Under the pieces are notes generated by a model that worked only from the letters and a program-made list of their open reading frames with translations, was not told the origin of the DNA and did no database searches. DNA of 64,000 bases, taken from positions 64,001-128,000 of the forward strand of contig JAQBVF010000003.1 of the NCBI GenBank assembly GCA_027623675.1. The letters are read 5' to 3'. Each line of letters opens with the position of its first letter. Positions within the stretch are counted from its first letter, which is position 1. Source of the DNA: Chloroflexota bacterium (GTDB lineage: Bacteria > Chloroflexota > Dehalococcoidia > Lucifugimonadales > UBA3495). Below, in pieces: positions 9,492-19,550 of this stretch. The translations under genes were made by a program, and so were the position numbers.

Positions 9492-10414
9492 CTTCGGAGG
9501 AGTTCCTCGACCAACCGCCGCTCCGGCATGGAGTCTTGCGCCCCGGTTTTGGTCACGGCCAGCGCTCCGGCGGCGCAGGCGATGGTCACCGCCGTTGGCA
9601 GGTCTTTGCCCTCGGACAGGGAAACGGCCAGCGCACCGTTGAAAGCGTCGCCGGCGGCCACGGAGTCTATGGCATCCACGCTGAAAGGCAAGACCATGCC
9701 TTGGCTGTTTCGGCTGGCGTAATAGGCGCCCTGGGCTCCCAGCTTAACCACCACCGTGCCCACGCCTCGGCCCAGCAACTCGGATGCGGCCCTGGCGGCC
9801 GATTCCGGCCCGGTAACCGCGAACCCGGCCAACGCTTGAGCTTCGGTCTCGTTGGGGGTGATCACGTCGCAGAGATTGAAAAATCCGTCGGGCACCGGCC
9901 GGACCGGCCCCGGATCGAGCATGACGGTTACTCCCATCTCGTGGGCGGCGCGGGCAACTTCCAGCGACAGTTCCGGCGAGACCTCCAGTTGCAGCAATAA
10001 GGCCGATGCGCCTGGCAAAGCCCGCCGGACAGCCTGGGCTTCCTCAGGTCCGCAGGTGCCGTTGGCGCCCAGGATCTGAGTGATGCAGTTCTGCGCCGTC
10101 TCATCGACGCCGATCACCGCGATCCCCGAGCTTTTGTCTTGATTGACCCTGATGCCTGAGATATCCACTCCGGCGCCGGCCAGAACGTCCAGCAACTGTG
10201 GGCCAAACATATCCTCGCCGACCCGGCCCACCATGGCCGGCCTGGCGCCCATGCGGGCCGCGGCCACGGCCTGGTTGGCGCCCTTGCCGCCGGCGTAGGT
10301 GACGAAGCGGCTGCCCACAACCGTCTCGCCCGGCTGGGGAAACCGGGGTGAAAAGGTCACCAGGTCCATGTTGATGCCGCCCAGGACTACTATCTTTGGC
10401 TGTTGTGGGGTCAT
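9479..10414 (-). CDS. rbsK: Ribokinase
   Basis: GGKGANQAVAAAR, PNETEA, DSVAAGDAFNG. Confidence 0.9.
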   Translation of the reverse strand: MTPQQPKIVVLGGINMDLVTFSPRFPQPGETVVGSRFVTYAGGKGANQAVAAARMGARPAMVGRVGEDMFGPQLLDVLAGAGVDISGIRVNQDKSSGIAVIGVDETAQNCITQILGANGTCGPEEAQAVRRALPGASALLLQLEVSPELSLEVARAAHEMGVTVMLDPGPVRPVPDGFFNLCDVITPNETEAQALAGFAVTGPESAARAASELLGRGVGTVVVKLGAQGAYYASRNSQGMVLPFSVDAIDSVAAGDAFNGALAVSLSEGKDLPTAVTIACAAGALAVTKTGAQDSMPERRLVEELLRSQRA

Positions 10415-10575
10415 TTCACGTCCGTAATCTACCCATGGCGGCATCACGCTAGCACCAAGGCCTGGAAGGGGTCAATCCATGGCCCCAGCAAAGAGAATAC
10501 TAGACCCGTGCTATAATCGCCCAGGCGTATTAGGACGCCTGGCTCACGAGTAAAACCGTTAGTTTCGGAGTAGAC

Positions 10576-11766
10576 ATGATGGCGGCGTTGGACAAGATCA
10601 GAGTCGTCGACCTGACCCGCACACTAGCCGGTCCATTCTGCACCATGCTGCTGGGCGACATGGGCGCCGATGTGATTAAGATTGAAGAACCGTCGGCCGG
10701 CGACGAGACCCGGAAGTGGTACCCGTTCCAGAACGGCGAGAGCACCCAGTTCATGACGTTCAACCGGAACAAGCGTAGTCTGACCGTCAATCTCAAGGAG
10801 CCCGAGGGCATCAAGATAATCAAGGAGTTGGCTGCTGACGCCGACGTGATGATCGAGAGTTTCCGGGCCGGCGCATTAGACCGGATGGGCTTGGGATACA
10901 GCGAGATCAGCGCCATTAATCCGGGCATCGTTTACTGTTCGATCTCAGGCTATGGACGCACCGGCCCGATGGCCGACATGCCGGGCTACGACCTGATAAT
11001 CCAAGCCTACAGCGGGCTGATGGACCTGACGGGCGAGCCCGACGGCGACCCCATGCGCGTCGGATTCTCGCTGGTCGACCTCTTCGCCGGCATGATGTCC
11101 TATGGGACCATCGTGACCGCGCTCATGCAGCGTGTCCAGACCGGCAAGGGGCAGTGGGTGGAAGGATCGCTCCTGGATGGACAGGTTGCCGCCCTCAGCT
11201 ATCATGCCTCCGCATTCATGGGGACCGGCGTGGAGCCCAAACGAATGGGCGCGGGTCACCCCAGTCTGGTGCCCTACCAGAGTTTTGCCGCATCGGACGG
11301 CAACTTCATCGTGGGTTGCGCCAACCAGGGGCTGTACGAGCGACTCTGCAAGGCATTGGGGCGGTCAGACCTGGTCGAAGACCCGCGGTTCGCGACCAAC
11401 ACCGACCGGGTCGAACACCGCGACGAATGTGTTGGCGTGTTCAAAGAGATCTTCAGCCGAAACACCACCGAGCACTGGGTCTCGCTCATCGTCAAGGCCG
11501 GCGTGCCCTGCGGACCCATCAACACGGTCTCCCAGGTGGTCTCCAACCCCCAGGTGTTGGCCCGCAACATGATCGCCGAGGTTGAGCATCCCAACGTACC
11601 CAACATGAGGTTTCCGGCCTCGCCGCTCAAGCTGACCGACTCTCCGGCCACGGTCCGCCTGGCGCCGCCGCTCTTGGGCCAGCACAACGAGCAGGTCTTG
11701 GAGGAGGCGGGTTATTCGCCGGACAAGATCGCCGATCTGATCAAGCGGGGAGTTATCGGAAGCTAG
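10576..11766 (+). CDS. Family III CoA-transferase (CaiB/BaiF)
   Basis: LAGPFCTMLLGDMGADVIKIE, NRNKRS, GYD motif. Confidence 0.92.
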   Translation: MMAALDKIRVVDLTRTLAGPFCTMLLGDMGADVIKIEEPSAGDETRKWYPFQNGESTQFMTFNRNKRSLTVNLKEPEGIKIIKELAADADVMIESFRAGALDRMGLGYSEISAINPGIVYCSISGYGRTGPMADMPGYDLIIQAYSGLMDLTGEPDGDPMRVGFSLVDLFAGMMSYGTIVTALMQRVQTGKGQWVEGSLLDGQVAALSYHASAFMGTGVEPKRMGAGHPSLVPYQSFAASDGNFIVGCANQGLYERLCKALGRSDLVEDPRFATNTDRVEHRDECVGVFKEIFSRNTTEHWVSLIVKAGVPCGPINTVSQVVSNPQVLARNMIAEVEHPNVPNMRFPASPLKLTDSPATVRLAPPLLGQHNEQVLEEAGYSPDKIADLIKRGVIGS

Positions 11767-11816
11767 GGTCCGGCCCTTGTTCAGCAGCGCCGATGCCCGT
11801 ATCCTGGAATGAGAAT

Positions 11817-12533
11817 ATGCCTTCAAAAAAGCTACGGCTGATACATACTTCAGATACCCACCTGGGCGATTCCCACGGCCATCCTGAATCGTCCGATGCC
11901 CTGGTCTCGGTGGTGGACGCCATAGCCCACAACGGCGGCGACATGCTGCTGCTGGTGGGCGATGTGTTCGATAACGAGCGTGTTTCCGACGACGTGCTCG
12001 AGTGGTTCGTGGAGCAGATCGGCCGGACGCAGGTGCCCGCGGTGGTCCTGCCCGGCAACCACGACCTGATTCATGAGACCTCGGTATATCACCGCCAAGC
12101 CTTTAAGAATCCCCCCGGCAACCTGTTCGTTCTCAGGGGAACCGAGGGCGAAACGCTGTCGTTCCCCGGCCTGGGCATCGATCTCTGGGGTCGGGCCATG
12201 CCCATGCACACTCCGGATTTCAGGCCATTGGCGGGGATGCCGGCGCCCGATTCCGATAATTGGCTGGTGGCCTTGGCCCACGGCCATTTCCACTACGAAG
12301 AGGACCGCGACCAGAGGTCTTCCCCCATCTACCCGCAGGAGATCGCCGACGCCGGTTGCCACTACCTGGCTCTCGGCCACTGGGACCGGCATGTGGACGT
12401 GTCGCAGGGGGACGTAACCGCCGTGTACTCAGGATGTCCCCTCGGCCCCATCGGCAGTCCCGGCGCGGGCGAGGTCACCGTGGTCGACCTGGACCCGCAG
12501 ACCGGAGTTTCCTACCGGCAGGTCGCGATTTAA
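11817..12533 (+). CDS. SbcD/Mre11-like metallophosphoesterase
   Basis: HTSDTHLG, GDVFD, PGNHD, AHG, YLALGHWD. Confidence 0.8.
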   Translation: MPSKKLRLIHTSDTHLGDSHGHPESSDALVSVVDAIAHNGGDMLLLVGDVFDNERVSDDVLEWFVEQIGRTQVPAVVLPGNHDLIHETSVYHRQAFKNPPGNLFVLRGTEGETLSFPGLGIDLWGRAMPMHTPDFRPLAGMPAPDSDNWLVALAHGHFHYEEDRDQRSSPIYPQEIADAGCHYLALGHWDRHVDVSQGDVTAVYSGCPLGPIGSPGAGEVTVVDLDPQTGVSYRQVAI

Positions 12534-12560
12534 CTAGGCGGCCCTACTTCCCAACCCCAT

Positions 12561-14090
12561 CTACGGCTGCCCCGTGATCATTGCCGACGCCCGCTCTCCG
12601 ATCATGATGGTAGTAGCGTTGGTGTTGGCGGTAGTGATATCCGGCATGACCGACGCGTCAATGACCCGCAGTCCCTCCACCCCCCGTACCCGGCACCACT
12701 GATCAACCACCGAATTCTTGTCAGATTCCGGCCCCATCCGGCAGGTGCCACAGGTGTGTCCGGCGATGGACAGGGTGCTGGCGATCCAAACCTCCAATAG
12801 CTCGTCGGATTCCATCTGCTCCGTTGTGGGAGAGATGCGGCTGTCGATGACCGCCTCGAATCCCGGGTCCTCGAATATCTGGGCGCACTCCCGCACCGCC
12901 TCCCGCAGCCGTTCCTTATCCGACCGGTCTACCAAGAAGCGGTAGTCCAGCCTGGGCTGAACGCTTGGGTCCGCCGCCGCGAGGGTCAGTTCGCCGGTGC
13001 CCAGGGGAAACTCCAACCGGCAGCCGACGCGTATCTCGTCGGCCTCGTGGCCCATGGGACCGGAGGTTAGCGGCTGGACCTGGATGTCATTCTTGAACGT
13101 GGAGCCCTTGGCGGTAAAACGCAGGCCGACCTGGTTCCTGGGGGAGCCGGGTTCCAGCGAGTATCCGGCCACCGGCTTGAAGCGAAGTGACACCGCCGGG
13201 TGGTTCTTCATGTTCTGGCCCACGGCCGGCGATTCGTGCACCACCGGGATGCCCAGGCGTTCCAGCGGCTCGCGAGGCCCGACGCCCGAGAGCATCAGAA
13301 GCTGGGGAGAGGCGATGGCTCCAGCGCTCAGGATAATCATCTCTCCGGACAGGTTGAACACCTCACCGCCGCTCTCGGCCTCAACTCCCACAGCCTTCTT
13401 GCCCTCAAAGACGACCCGCCGCACGTTCACGTTTGGCTTGATGGTCAGGTTGAGGCGGTTGCGGCTGGGATTGATGTATCCGATGGCGGTGCTGACCCGC
13501 ACGCCGTCAACAAGATTCAGTGGAATGGCGCCGACACCCTCGCCGTCTGGGTCGTTCATGTCCGGGTCGTCCCGGTAGCCGGCGGCCAGGCAAGCTGAGT
13601 GGAAGGCCCTCTGCAGCGGCAGCCAGTTCTCTCGCTTGTGCCGCATCAGGGTTATCGGGCCGGTGGCGCCGTGGAAATCGCCGGAGTAGTCCCGGTCGGT
13701 CTCCAGTTTCCTGAAATAGGGCAGCACCTTGGTGTAGGACCATTCGTCGTTACCCAACTCGGCCCAGTGTTCGAAGTCCCTGGGCAGGCCCCGGAGGAAG
13801 ATCTGGTGATTGATGGCGCTGGTGCCGCCGAACACCTTGCCCCGGGCCACCGCCGCGTTCCTGTTGCCGTTGGGGTCGGTGGTCCCTTCAAATGACCAAT
13901 TGTGGGGTGCGCCGGACTCGGACGCCCGCTGGTTCAGGTCATGCTTGATCTCGTCGGGCATCAGGTCCATGTCCGGGTAATCGGGGCCCGCCTCCAGCAA
14001 CAGCACCGACCGGCTGGGGTCTTCGGATAGCCTGGCGGCCAGCACGCATCCGGCAGAGCCGGCGCCAACGATGATCACGTCGTATCTCAT
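12561..14090 (-). CDS. GMC family oxidoreductase (choline dehydrogenase/MftG-like)
   Basis: GAGSAG, GGTSAIN, SPQLLMLSGVG, H-TCGTCRMG, DASVMP...NTN. Confidence 0.92.
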   Translation of the reverse strand: MRYDVIIVGAGSAGCVLAARLSEDPSRSVLLLEAGPDYPDMDLMPDEIKHDLNQRASESGAPHNWSFEGTTDPNGNRNAAVARGKVFGGTSAINHQIFLRGLPRDFEHWAELGNDEWSYTKVLPYFRKLETDRDYSGDFHGATGPITLMRHKRENWLPLQRAFHSACLAAGYRDDPDMNDPDGEGVGAIPLNLVDGVRVSTAIGYINPSRNRLNLTIKPNVNVRRVVFEGKKAVGVEAESGGEVFNLSGEMIILSAGAIASPQLLMLSGVGPREPLERLGIPVVHESPAVGQNMKNHPAVSLRFKPVAGYSLEPGSPRNQVGLRFTAKGSTFKNDIQVQPLTSGPMGHEADEIRVGCRLEFPLGTGELTLAAADPSVQPRLDYRFLVDRSDKERLREAVRECAQIFEDPGFEAVIDSRISPTTEQMESDELLEVWIASTLSIAGHTCGTCRMGPESDKNSVVDQWCRVRGVEGLRVIDASVMPDITTANTNATTIMIGERASAMITGQP

Positions 14091-14194
14091 CTCACCCTCC
14101 CTAGGTATGGCCAGTGTGCCTGGCCCACATGCGCGCCAATTATAACTTGCTCCGGTTAGAATAACGGAGCAAGAATCTCGAAGGGGGCAACACA

Positions 14195-15145
14195 ATGCCA
14201 ACCGTAAACACAGTATTGGGGCCGGTGGAGACTGGTGACATGGGCTTCACCCTAAGCCACGAGCATCTGGCCACCAACGCCGCCGGCATCCTGCGCACGT
14301 TCCCGGAGTTGATCGACCGTCCGGGGATCATTGAACAGGCCAAGGACACGTTGAAGGAAGCCTACGACGAAGGGCTACGGACAATCATCGACGTTAGCAC
14401 CATCGACCTGGGCCGGGACGTCGAGATGATGAAAGAGGTCTCCCAGGCCACGGGCGTCAAGATCGTCGCCGCCACCGGGAACCACCTGGCCGTGCCGCGC
14501 CCGTTCATCGACCTGACGCCCGATGTCATCGCCGATCTATACGTGCGGGAGATTGAGGTGGGCATCGAGGGGACCGGCGTGAAAGCCGGCATCATCAAGG
14601 TGGCCAGCGATGCGGGCGGGGTCACGGAGGCCCAGGAGATCGTGCTGCGCGCCGCCGGGCAGGCTTGTGTCAGGACCGGCATCCGCATCTCCACCCACAC
14701 CTGGTCGCCCGACCGGGTGGGAGAGCAGCAGGTGCGGATCCTCAAGGAGGAGGGCGTGGACATGAACCTGGTGTACGTCGGCCACAGCAACGACGACACG
14801 GACATGGGCTACCTGTTGGGGCTGCTGGACCAGGGGGTTTGGCTGGGCCTGGACCGGTTCCCCGGCGGACGGCGCGCCAACACACCCCTGTGGGAAGAAC
14901 GCACTCAACTGACAAAGAACCTGATCGACGCCGGCCGCGCCGACCGGATCATGCTCTCCCACGACCATTCGGTGCCCAAGGCCCGCTTCGGCGCCGCCGT
15001 GCAGGAAGAGCGCTACAGATACAATCCCGACGGCTACAACTTCATCACCCGTAACGTCCTGCCCCGCCTGAGAGAGCTGGGCGTCTCTGAAGAAACCGTC
15101 CAGCAGATTATGGTCGACAACCCAAGGCGGTTCTTCGGGGGGTAG
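14195..15145 (+). CDS. Phosphotriesterase-related amidohydrolase
   Basis: TLSHEH, GIIKVA, STHT, YVGH, LSHD, NPRRFF. Confidence 0.9.
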   Translation: MPTVNTVLGPVETGDMGFTLSHEHLATNAAGILRTFPELIDRPGIIEQAKDTLKEAYDEGLRTIIDVSTIDLGRDVEMMKEVSQATGVKIVAATGNHLAVPRPFIDLTPDVIADLYVREIEVGIEGTGVKAGIIKVASDAGGVTEAQEIVLRAAGQACVRTGIRISTHTWSPDRVGEQQVRILKEEGVDMNLVYVGHSNDDTDMGYLLGLLDQGVWLGLDRFPGGRRANTPLWEERTQLTKNLIDAGRADRIMLSHDHSVPKARFGAAVQEERYRYNPDGYNFITRNVLPRLRELGVSEETVQQIMVDNPRRFFGG

Positions 15146-15270
15146 GAGGATGGTGGCCAACGGACCGGCATGCGCGGTGCGTACCTGCCGGTCCCGGTAG
15201 GCGACCGTACCATGCGCCTCTTTGGTTGTACCTAAATAGTTAGTTTCTTGTTACTCAACAGCACAGAAAG

Positions 15271-15548
15271 ATGAGTCATCCCAGAGTTTCATCATGGGCA
15301 TCTGCCGAGCAACCACACTCGCTACCCGTCATTCTGATCCTTCCGCAGAAGGAGAAGAATCTCCTTGCTTGACTTCATGGTGGCTATCGTTCCGTAGGAC
15401 CGGCAGTTGGTCTCCCATCAGCGACGAGATTCCTCGCTTCGCTCGGAATGACCAAGGCGGGCGGAATGACCAAGGCGGGCGGAATGACCAAGGCGGGCGA
15501 AATGACAAATGTGGCGGCATCCACCCAGCAAACTTCGGGATGACTCGT
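15271..15548 (+). mobile_element. REPIN/MITE-like element, copy 1
   Basis: Terminal inverted repeats ATGAGTCATCCCAGAGTTT / AAACTTCGGGATGACTCGT; three 18-bp units GGAATGACCAAGGCGGGC at 15445-15498; homologous to three other loci. Confidence 0.8.
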
Positions 15549-15592
15549 GCTTTTTGTTAGTGAGATGCCGGTCCCTGGAAACGAGTTAAGGC

Positions 15593-15811
15593 TTACTCCC
15601 AGACTCGATCGAAAGTCCGGCTACTACGAAGGATTCTTAGCTTTCCTTTGCAACCCCCGGTCGGGCACCAGGCAAATCGCTCCGGGTATCGCCCTGACTG
15701 TAGGTCATGGATCACGTCATTTGGCACGTACTTACCGCAGTACGGGCATGGAGGCGCGATTGGGTCTTTGTCATTGCCCTCTTTTGGACGCCGTACCCTT
15801 CCTGTTGACAT
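15593..15811 (-). CDS. Small 72-aa protein with CPYC...CPTGGC (possible zinc ribbon)
   Basis: GGAGG RBS before ATG 15811; corresponds to the C-terminal part of the track ORF 15593..16375. Confidence 0.55.
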   Translation of the reverse strand: MSTGRVRRPKEGNDKDPIAPPCPYCGKYVPNDVIHDLQSGRYPERFAWCPTGGCKGKLRILRSSRTFDRVWE

Positions 15812-15936
15812 ATTCTGGCTTCCTCCGATACACGCGTAACCTAGCAGGCGATATCTCCGCTGCTTGTGTGATTCGATTTCTAAGCTGGCTAAAGGCCGGC
15901 CGCGAAAATCTTTTGGCTGATAGCCGGCGGCGACGC

Positions 15937-16701
15937 CTAGGTGGCCGAGTACCCGCCGTCCACGGCCAGTACGGAGCCGGTGACATAGTTGGACGCTTGG
16001 CTGGCCAGGAAGACGGCGGCGCCGCCCAGCTCCGACGCCTCGCCCCAGCGGCCCGTGGGTATGCGGCGGCTGATGTTGTCGTGGCGCTCGGGGTCGCCCT
16101 CGGGGATGCCGCGGGTGAGGTCGGTTACGAACCAGCCGGGAAGGATGGAGTTCACCTGGATGTTGTCCTTGGCCCAGGCGACCGCCAGGCTCTTGGTTAG
16201 TTGCACAACGCCACCCTTGCTGGCAGCGTAGGGCGCGCCCCAATCGCTGCCGAACAGCGAATACATGGAACCGACATTGATGATCTTGCCGCCTCCGGCC
16301 TTGACCATGTGGGGGTAGGCCTCTCGAGACGCCAGGAAAGTGGCCCGCAGGTTCACGTCCACCACCGCGTCCCACTGGGCGGCGGTGAGGTCCTGAGGCA
16401 TTGCCCTGACTGCGATGCCCGAGTTGTTCACCAGGATGTCGAGTCGGCCCATGTGGTCGATGGTGCTGGTGACCATTCGCTGCACCGCCGGTTCTAGGGT
16501 GACGTCCACCGTGATCCCGTGCGCCTCCACCCCCAACGCGCGGATGTCCTCCAGCGCCTGGGCGGTCTTCTCCACGCTGCGGGCGGCGACCACGATGTTG
16601 GCGCCCGCGCCGGCCAGCCCCATGGCGATGCCCAAGCCAAGGCCCCCGTTGCCGCCGGTGACCACGGCGACTTTGCCCGTCAGATCGAACTGCTTCTGCA
16701 T
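15937..16701 (-). CDS. Short-chain dehydrogenase/reductase (KduD/gluconate 5-dehydrogenase-like)
   Basis: TGGNGGLG, NNSG, YAASK, AVDGG. Confidence 0.92.
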   Translation of the reverse strand: MQKQFDLTGKVAVVTGGNGGLGLGIAMGLAGAGANIVVAARSVEKTAQALEDIRALGVEAHGITVDVTLEPAVQRMVTSTIDHMGRLDILVNNSGIAVRAMPQDLTAAQWDAVVDVNLRATFLASREAYPHMVKAGGGKIINVGSMYSLFGSDWGAPYAASKGGVVQLTKSLAVAWAKDNIQVNSILPGWFVTDLTRGIPEGDPERHDNISRRIPTGRWGEASELGGAAVFLASQASNYVTGSVLAVDGGYSAT

Positions 16702-16709
16702 CGTCACTG

Positions 16710-17750
16710 TTAGTTGTCCCGGAACTTGGGAATCACATGCTCTCCGAACAGCCGCAGAGACTTCTCCACCTGCTGCGCCGGTATCTGACCCACGTTGGGG
16801 TTGAGCAGGATGTTTCGGACGCCGATGTCGCGCAGTTCTTCCATCTTGCCGGCCACCGTGGCTGGCGTACCGGCCAGGAAGGCGTGCTCGACCACCTCAC
16901 CGGCTGGGGGAGGCGTGCCGGGAGGGGGCGGCGGCGCTCCACCGGGATTGAACCGCACCCGGGCGTCTAACAAGTGGGCCCGGTATCTCGCCAGGCCCGC
17001 TTCGGCCACGTCCAACCCTTCCTGGTCGCTGTCACAGACGAAAAGGGACCGCTGGGCCCAGGTCTGGTCCAAGGTGCTCTCTATCTGCGCCTCGTTTAGT
17101 CCCGAGTTGTGGAGACCTTCGATGTAGCGGCCGAACCGGTGTTTGAGTGTGTCGATGGTCTGGATGCCGATGAGAACCGGACGCCCGGCTTGGCCCATCG
17201 CGACCATGGATTCCTCGGAGATGCAGGCCCTAACGATGGGTGGGTGGGGTTTCTGGAAGGGCTGGGGCCGAAGACCGGGGAATGACAGGTCCCAGAACCG
17301 GCCTTTGTGGACCACATCAGCTCCGGTCCAGGCTTTGATTAGCAATTCTTCGGCCTCATCCAACATCTCCCTCCCCTTCTCCAGGGTGGTGCCGAAGCCG
17401 ATGTACTCATATTCGTTGTAGGCTGAGCCTCGGCCCGTGCCCATGATGAGCCTGCCGTTGCTCAGGTTATCCAGCAGCGACGTCTGCACCGCCAGGCGCA
17501 CCGGGTGGTGCAAGGCCATCTCGACCACCGCGAACCCAATGAGCACCCGCTTGGTCCTGGCGGCCACGGCGGCGCCGAAGACCACCGGGTCGGCGTAGGC
17601 CACCGCGCCGTCGAAGTGGTGTTCGGTGAGCCAAACGGCGTCGAACCCAACCTCCTCGGCGAGTTCAACCTCCCTTAGGGTCTGGCCGATCACCTGGTGG
17701 TCGGCATTCTGATCGGCGCTGATCGAGAAAACGAAGCTGCCGAAGCGCAT
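16710..17750 (-). CDS. LLM-class flavin-dependent oxidoreductase
   Basis: GFDAVWLTEHHF, HHPVRLA, LSNGRLIMGTGRG, PQPFQKPHPP. Confidence 0.92.
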   Translation of the reverse strand: MRFGSFVFSISADQNADHQVIGQTLREVELAEEVGFDAVWLTEHHFDGAVAYADPVVFGAAVAARTKRVLIGFAVVEMALHHPVRLAVQTSLLDNLSNGRLIMGTGRGSAYNEYEYIGFGTTLEKGREMLDEAEELLIKAWTGADVVHKGRFWDLSFPGLRPQPFQKPHPPIVRACISEESMVAMGQAGRPVLIGIQTIDTLKHRFGRYIEGLHNSGLNEAQIESTLDQTWAQRSLFVCDSDQEGLDVAEAGLARYRAHLLDARVRFNPGGAPPPPPGTPPPAGEVVEHAFLAGTPATVAGKMEELRDIGVRNILLNPNVGQIPAQQVEKSLRLFGEHVIPKFRDN

Positions 17751-17832
17751 AGAAACTCCTGTGGCCTGTCTGTTAGCCCTGCTTGGTCCGGAGGGCGGTC
17801 ATTTACCTGATTGCATCTGGTTTGGCAGCCGA

Positions 17833-19374
17833 TCAGCCTCCGTTTATCCAGTCGGCCATCCGTTCGCCGATCATTATGGTGGTGCAGTTGGTGTTGGCCC
17901 GGATGCAGTCGGGCATGATGGAAGCGTCGGCCACCCTCAGTCCGGTCAGCCCCTTGACCATGCCCTGCTGGTCAACAACCGCCATGGGGTCGGAGTCCGG
18001 CCCCATCTTGCAGGTGCCGGAGATGTGCTGGGTCGTGGTGACGCTGCGTTTGAGCCAGAGGTCCAGAGTCTCATCGGATACGAGGTCTTCGGGCTGGGGC
18101 TCAAGCAACTGCTTCACGATGGGTTTGTAATCGTCGTGTTTCAGGACATCCACGCACTTCCTGACGGCCTCACGCAGTCGAGCGAGGTCACGAGGATCGT
18201 CCTGGAAATAGTTGTAGTTGAGTTCGGGCTGCACGTTGGGGTCGGTGGACGTGATCTCCAGATGACCGGAGCCGTAAGCCAACTCCAAGATGCAGGTGAA
18301 CCTGATGCCCTCGGCCTCAAGCGGGTCGCCGGAGATGGGCGATGAGAACGAAGACGCCATGATCTGTATGTCGTTCCTCAAGTCCGAGCCGGTGGCGGTG
18401 TAGCGGAGGGCCACCTGAGAGCGTGGGTCTTCCGGGTTGAGCGGGAAGTCGTCTTGCACTTGGATGGGAATGCGGACGTTGGGGTGGTCTCGCAGGTTTC
18501 GGCCCACTCCGGGCGCTTCCAGCACCACGGGGATGCCCAGGCGGTCCAGCACTTTGACGGGGCCGACCCCCGACAGCATGAGCAGTTGGGGCGAGCCGAT
18601 GGCGCCGGAGGTCAGGATTATCTCAGAGCCCTCCACCGTGAAACGCTCGCCGTCGCTCTCCACTTCGACCCCGACGGCCCTTTTGCCATCGAAGACCACC
18701 CGGTGGGTCGTAACGTTGGGTTTGATGGTCAGGTTCAGCCGGTGGCGCGCGTCGGCCAGGTAGGTCAGGGCGGTGCTCATGCGGATGCCGTTGGGGTTGT
18801 TCATGGGTATGGGCCCGACACCGGCGGACTCTGGGTGGTTCATGTCCGGGTCGTCGGGATGGCCCTGGGCGCGGAAGCCGGCGTAGAAAGCGTTCTGGGC
18901 GGGAAGCCAAGTGTCACGGGCGTGGCGGCGCACCGGGATCGGACCTTCCGAACCGTGGAAATCGTCATGGATATCGGTGTCGGTCTCCAGTTTCCTCAGG
19001 AAGGGCAGCACGTCGGTGAACCCCCATTGGTCGTTGCCCAAGGCGGCCCAGGCGTCGTAGTCTTCCGGGACGCCCCGGAGCAGCACCTGGCCGTTGATGG
19101 CGCTGGACCCGCCGACCACCCGCCCTCTGGGAACCGGCATGGGCGTGGCCTGCTCCGGCGTGGTGTTGCCCTGGAATGACCAGTTGTGAGGCGCGTCCAC
19201 CGCCGATGCGGTCTGGTTATAGCCGAATTTTAGGTCGTCGGGGTAATGCTCGAAATCGGGATAGTCCGGCCCCGCTTCCAACAGCAGGATGGACTTGTTG
19301 GGGTCCTCGGATAATCTGCTGGCGATGACGCAACCGGCGGAACCGGCGCCGACGATGATGTAGTCGTATCTCAT
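17833..19374 (-). CDS. GMC family oxidoreductase
   Basis: GAGSAG, GGSSAING, QHISGTCKMG, ANTN. Confidence 0.92.
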   Translation of the reverse strand: MRYDYIIVGAGSAGCVIASRLSEDPNKSILLLEAGPDYPDFEHYPDDLKFGYNQTASAVDAPHNWSFQGNTTPEQATPMPVPRGRVVGGSSAINGQVLLRGVPEDYDAWAALGNDQWGFTDVLPFLRKLETDTDIHDDFHGSEGPIPVRRHARDTWLPAQNAFYAGFRAQGHPDDPDMNHPESAGVGPIPMNNPNGIRMSTALTYLADARHRLNLTIKPNVTTHRVVFDGKRAVGVEVESDGERFTVEGSEIILTSGAIGSPQLLMLSGVGPVKVLDRLGIPVVLEAPGVGRNLRDHPNVRIPIQVQDDFPLNPEDPRSQVALRYTATGSDLRNDIQIMASSFSSPISGDPLEAEGIRFTCILELAYGSGHLEITSTDPNVQPELNYNYFQDDPRDLARLREAVRKCVDVLKHDDYKPIVKQLLEPQPEDLVSDETLDLWLKRSVTTTQHISGTCKMGPDSDPMAVVDQQGMVKGLTGLRVADASIMPDCIRANTNCTTIMIGERMADWINGG

Positions 19375-19550
19375 AAGAAGCGTCCTCTCTTGGCGTTCTG
19401 TTTTACCGCTGGGATACATTTTTGCGGGAGGGCCGTGGGGAGGGAATCGGTAGCGTGGCCGCCCTGCTCAAGCGACGGCATTATCGCATATCGGGCCGGT
19501 GGCGGCATACGGGGTGTGGGGGCAGGCTTCGGGATCGGGATTGAGGGCGC

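Noticed and set aside
11817..12533. SbcCD or defence nuclease system
   Set aside because: No SbcC/Rad50 ATPase is adjacent; only the phosphoesterase domain is present.
15445..15506. Tandem GGAATGAC repeats as a mini-CRISPR array
   Set aside because: The period is only 18 bp, the intervening parts are near-identical, there are no cas genes, and the units belong to a dispersed element.
15294..15560. Track ORFs with RNDQGG or WSFRPP repeats (also near 44738, 49750 and 61528)
   Set aside because: These are translations of the non-coding repeat element; frames are not kept between copies.
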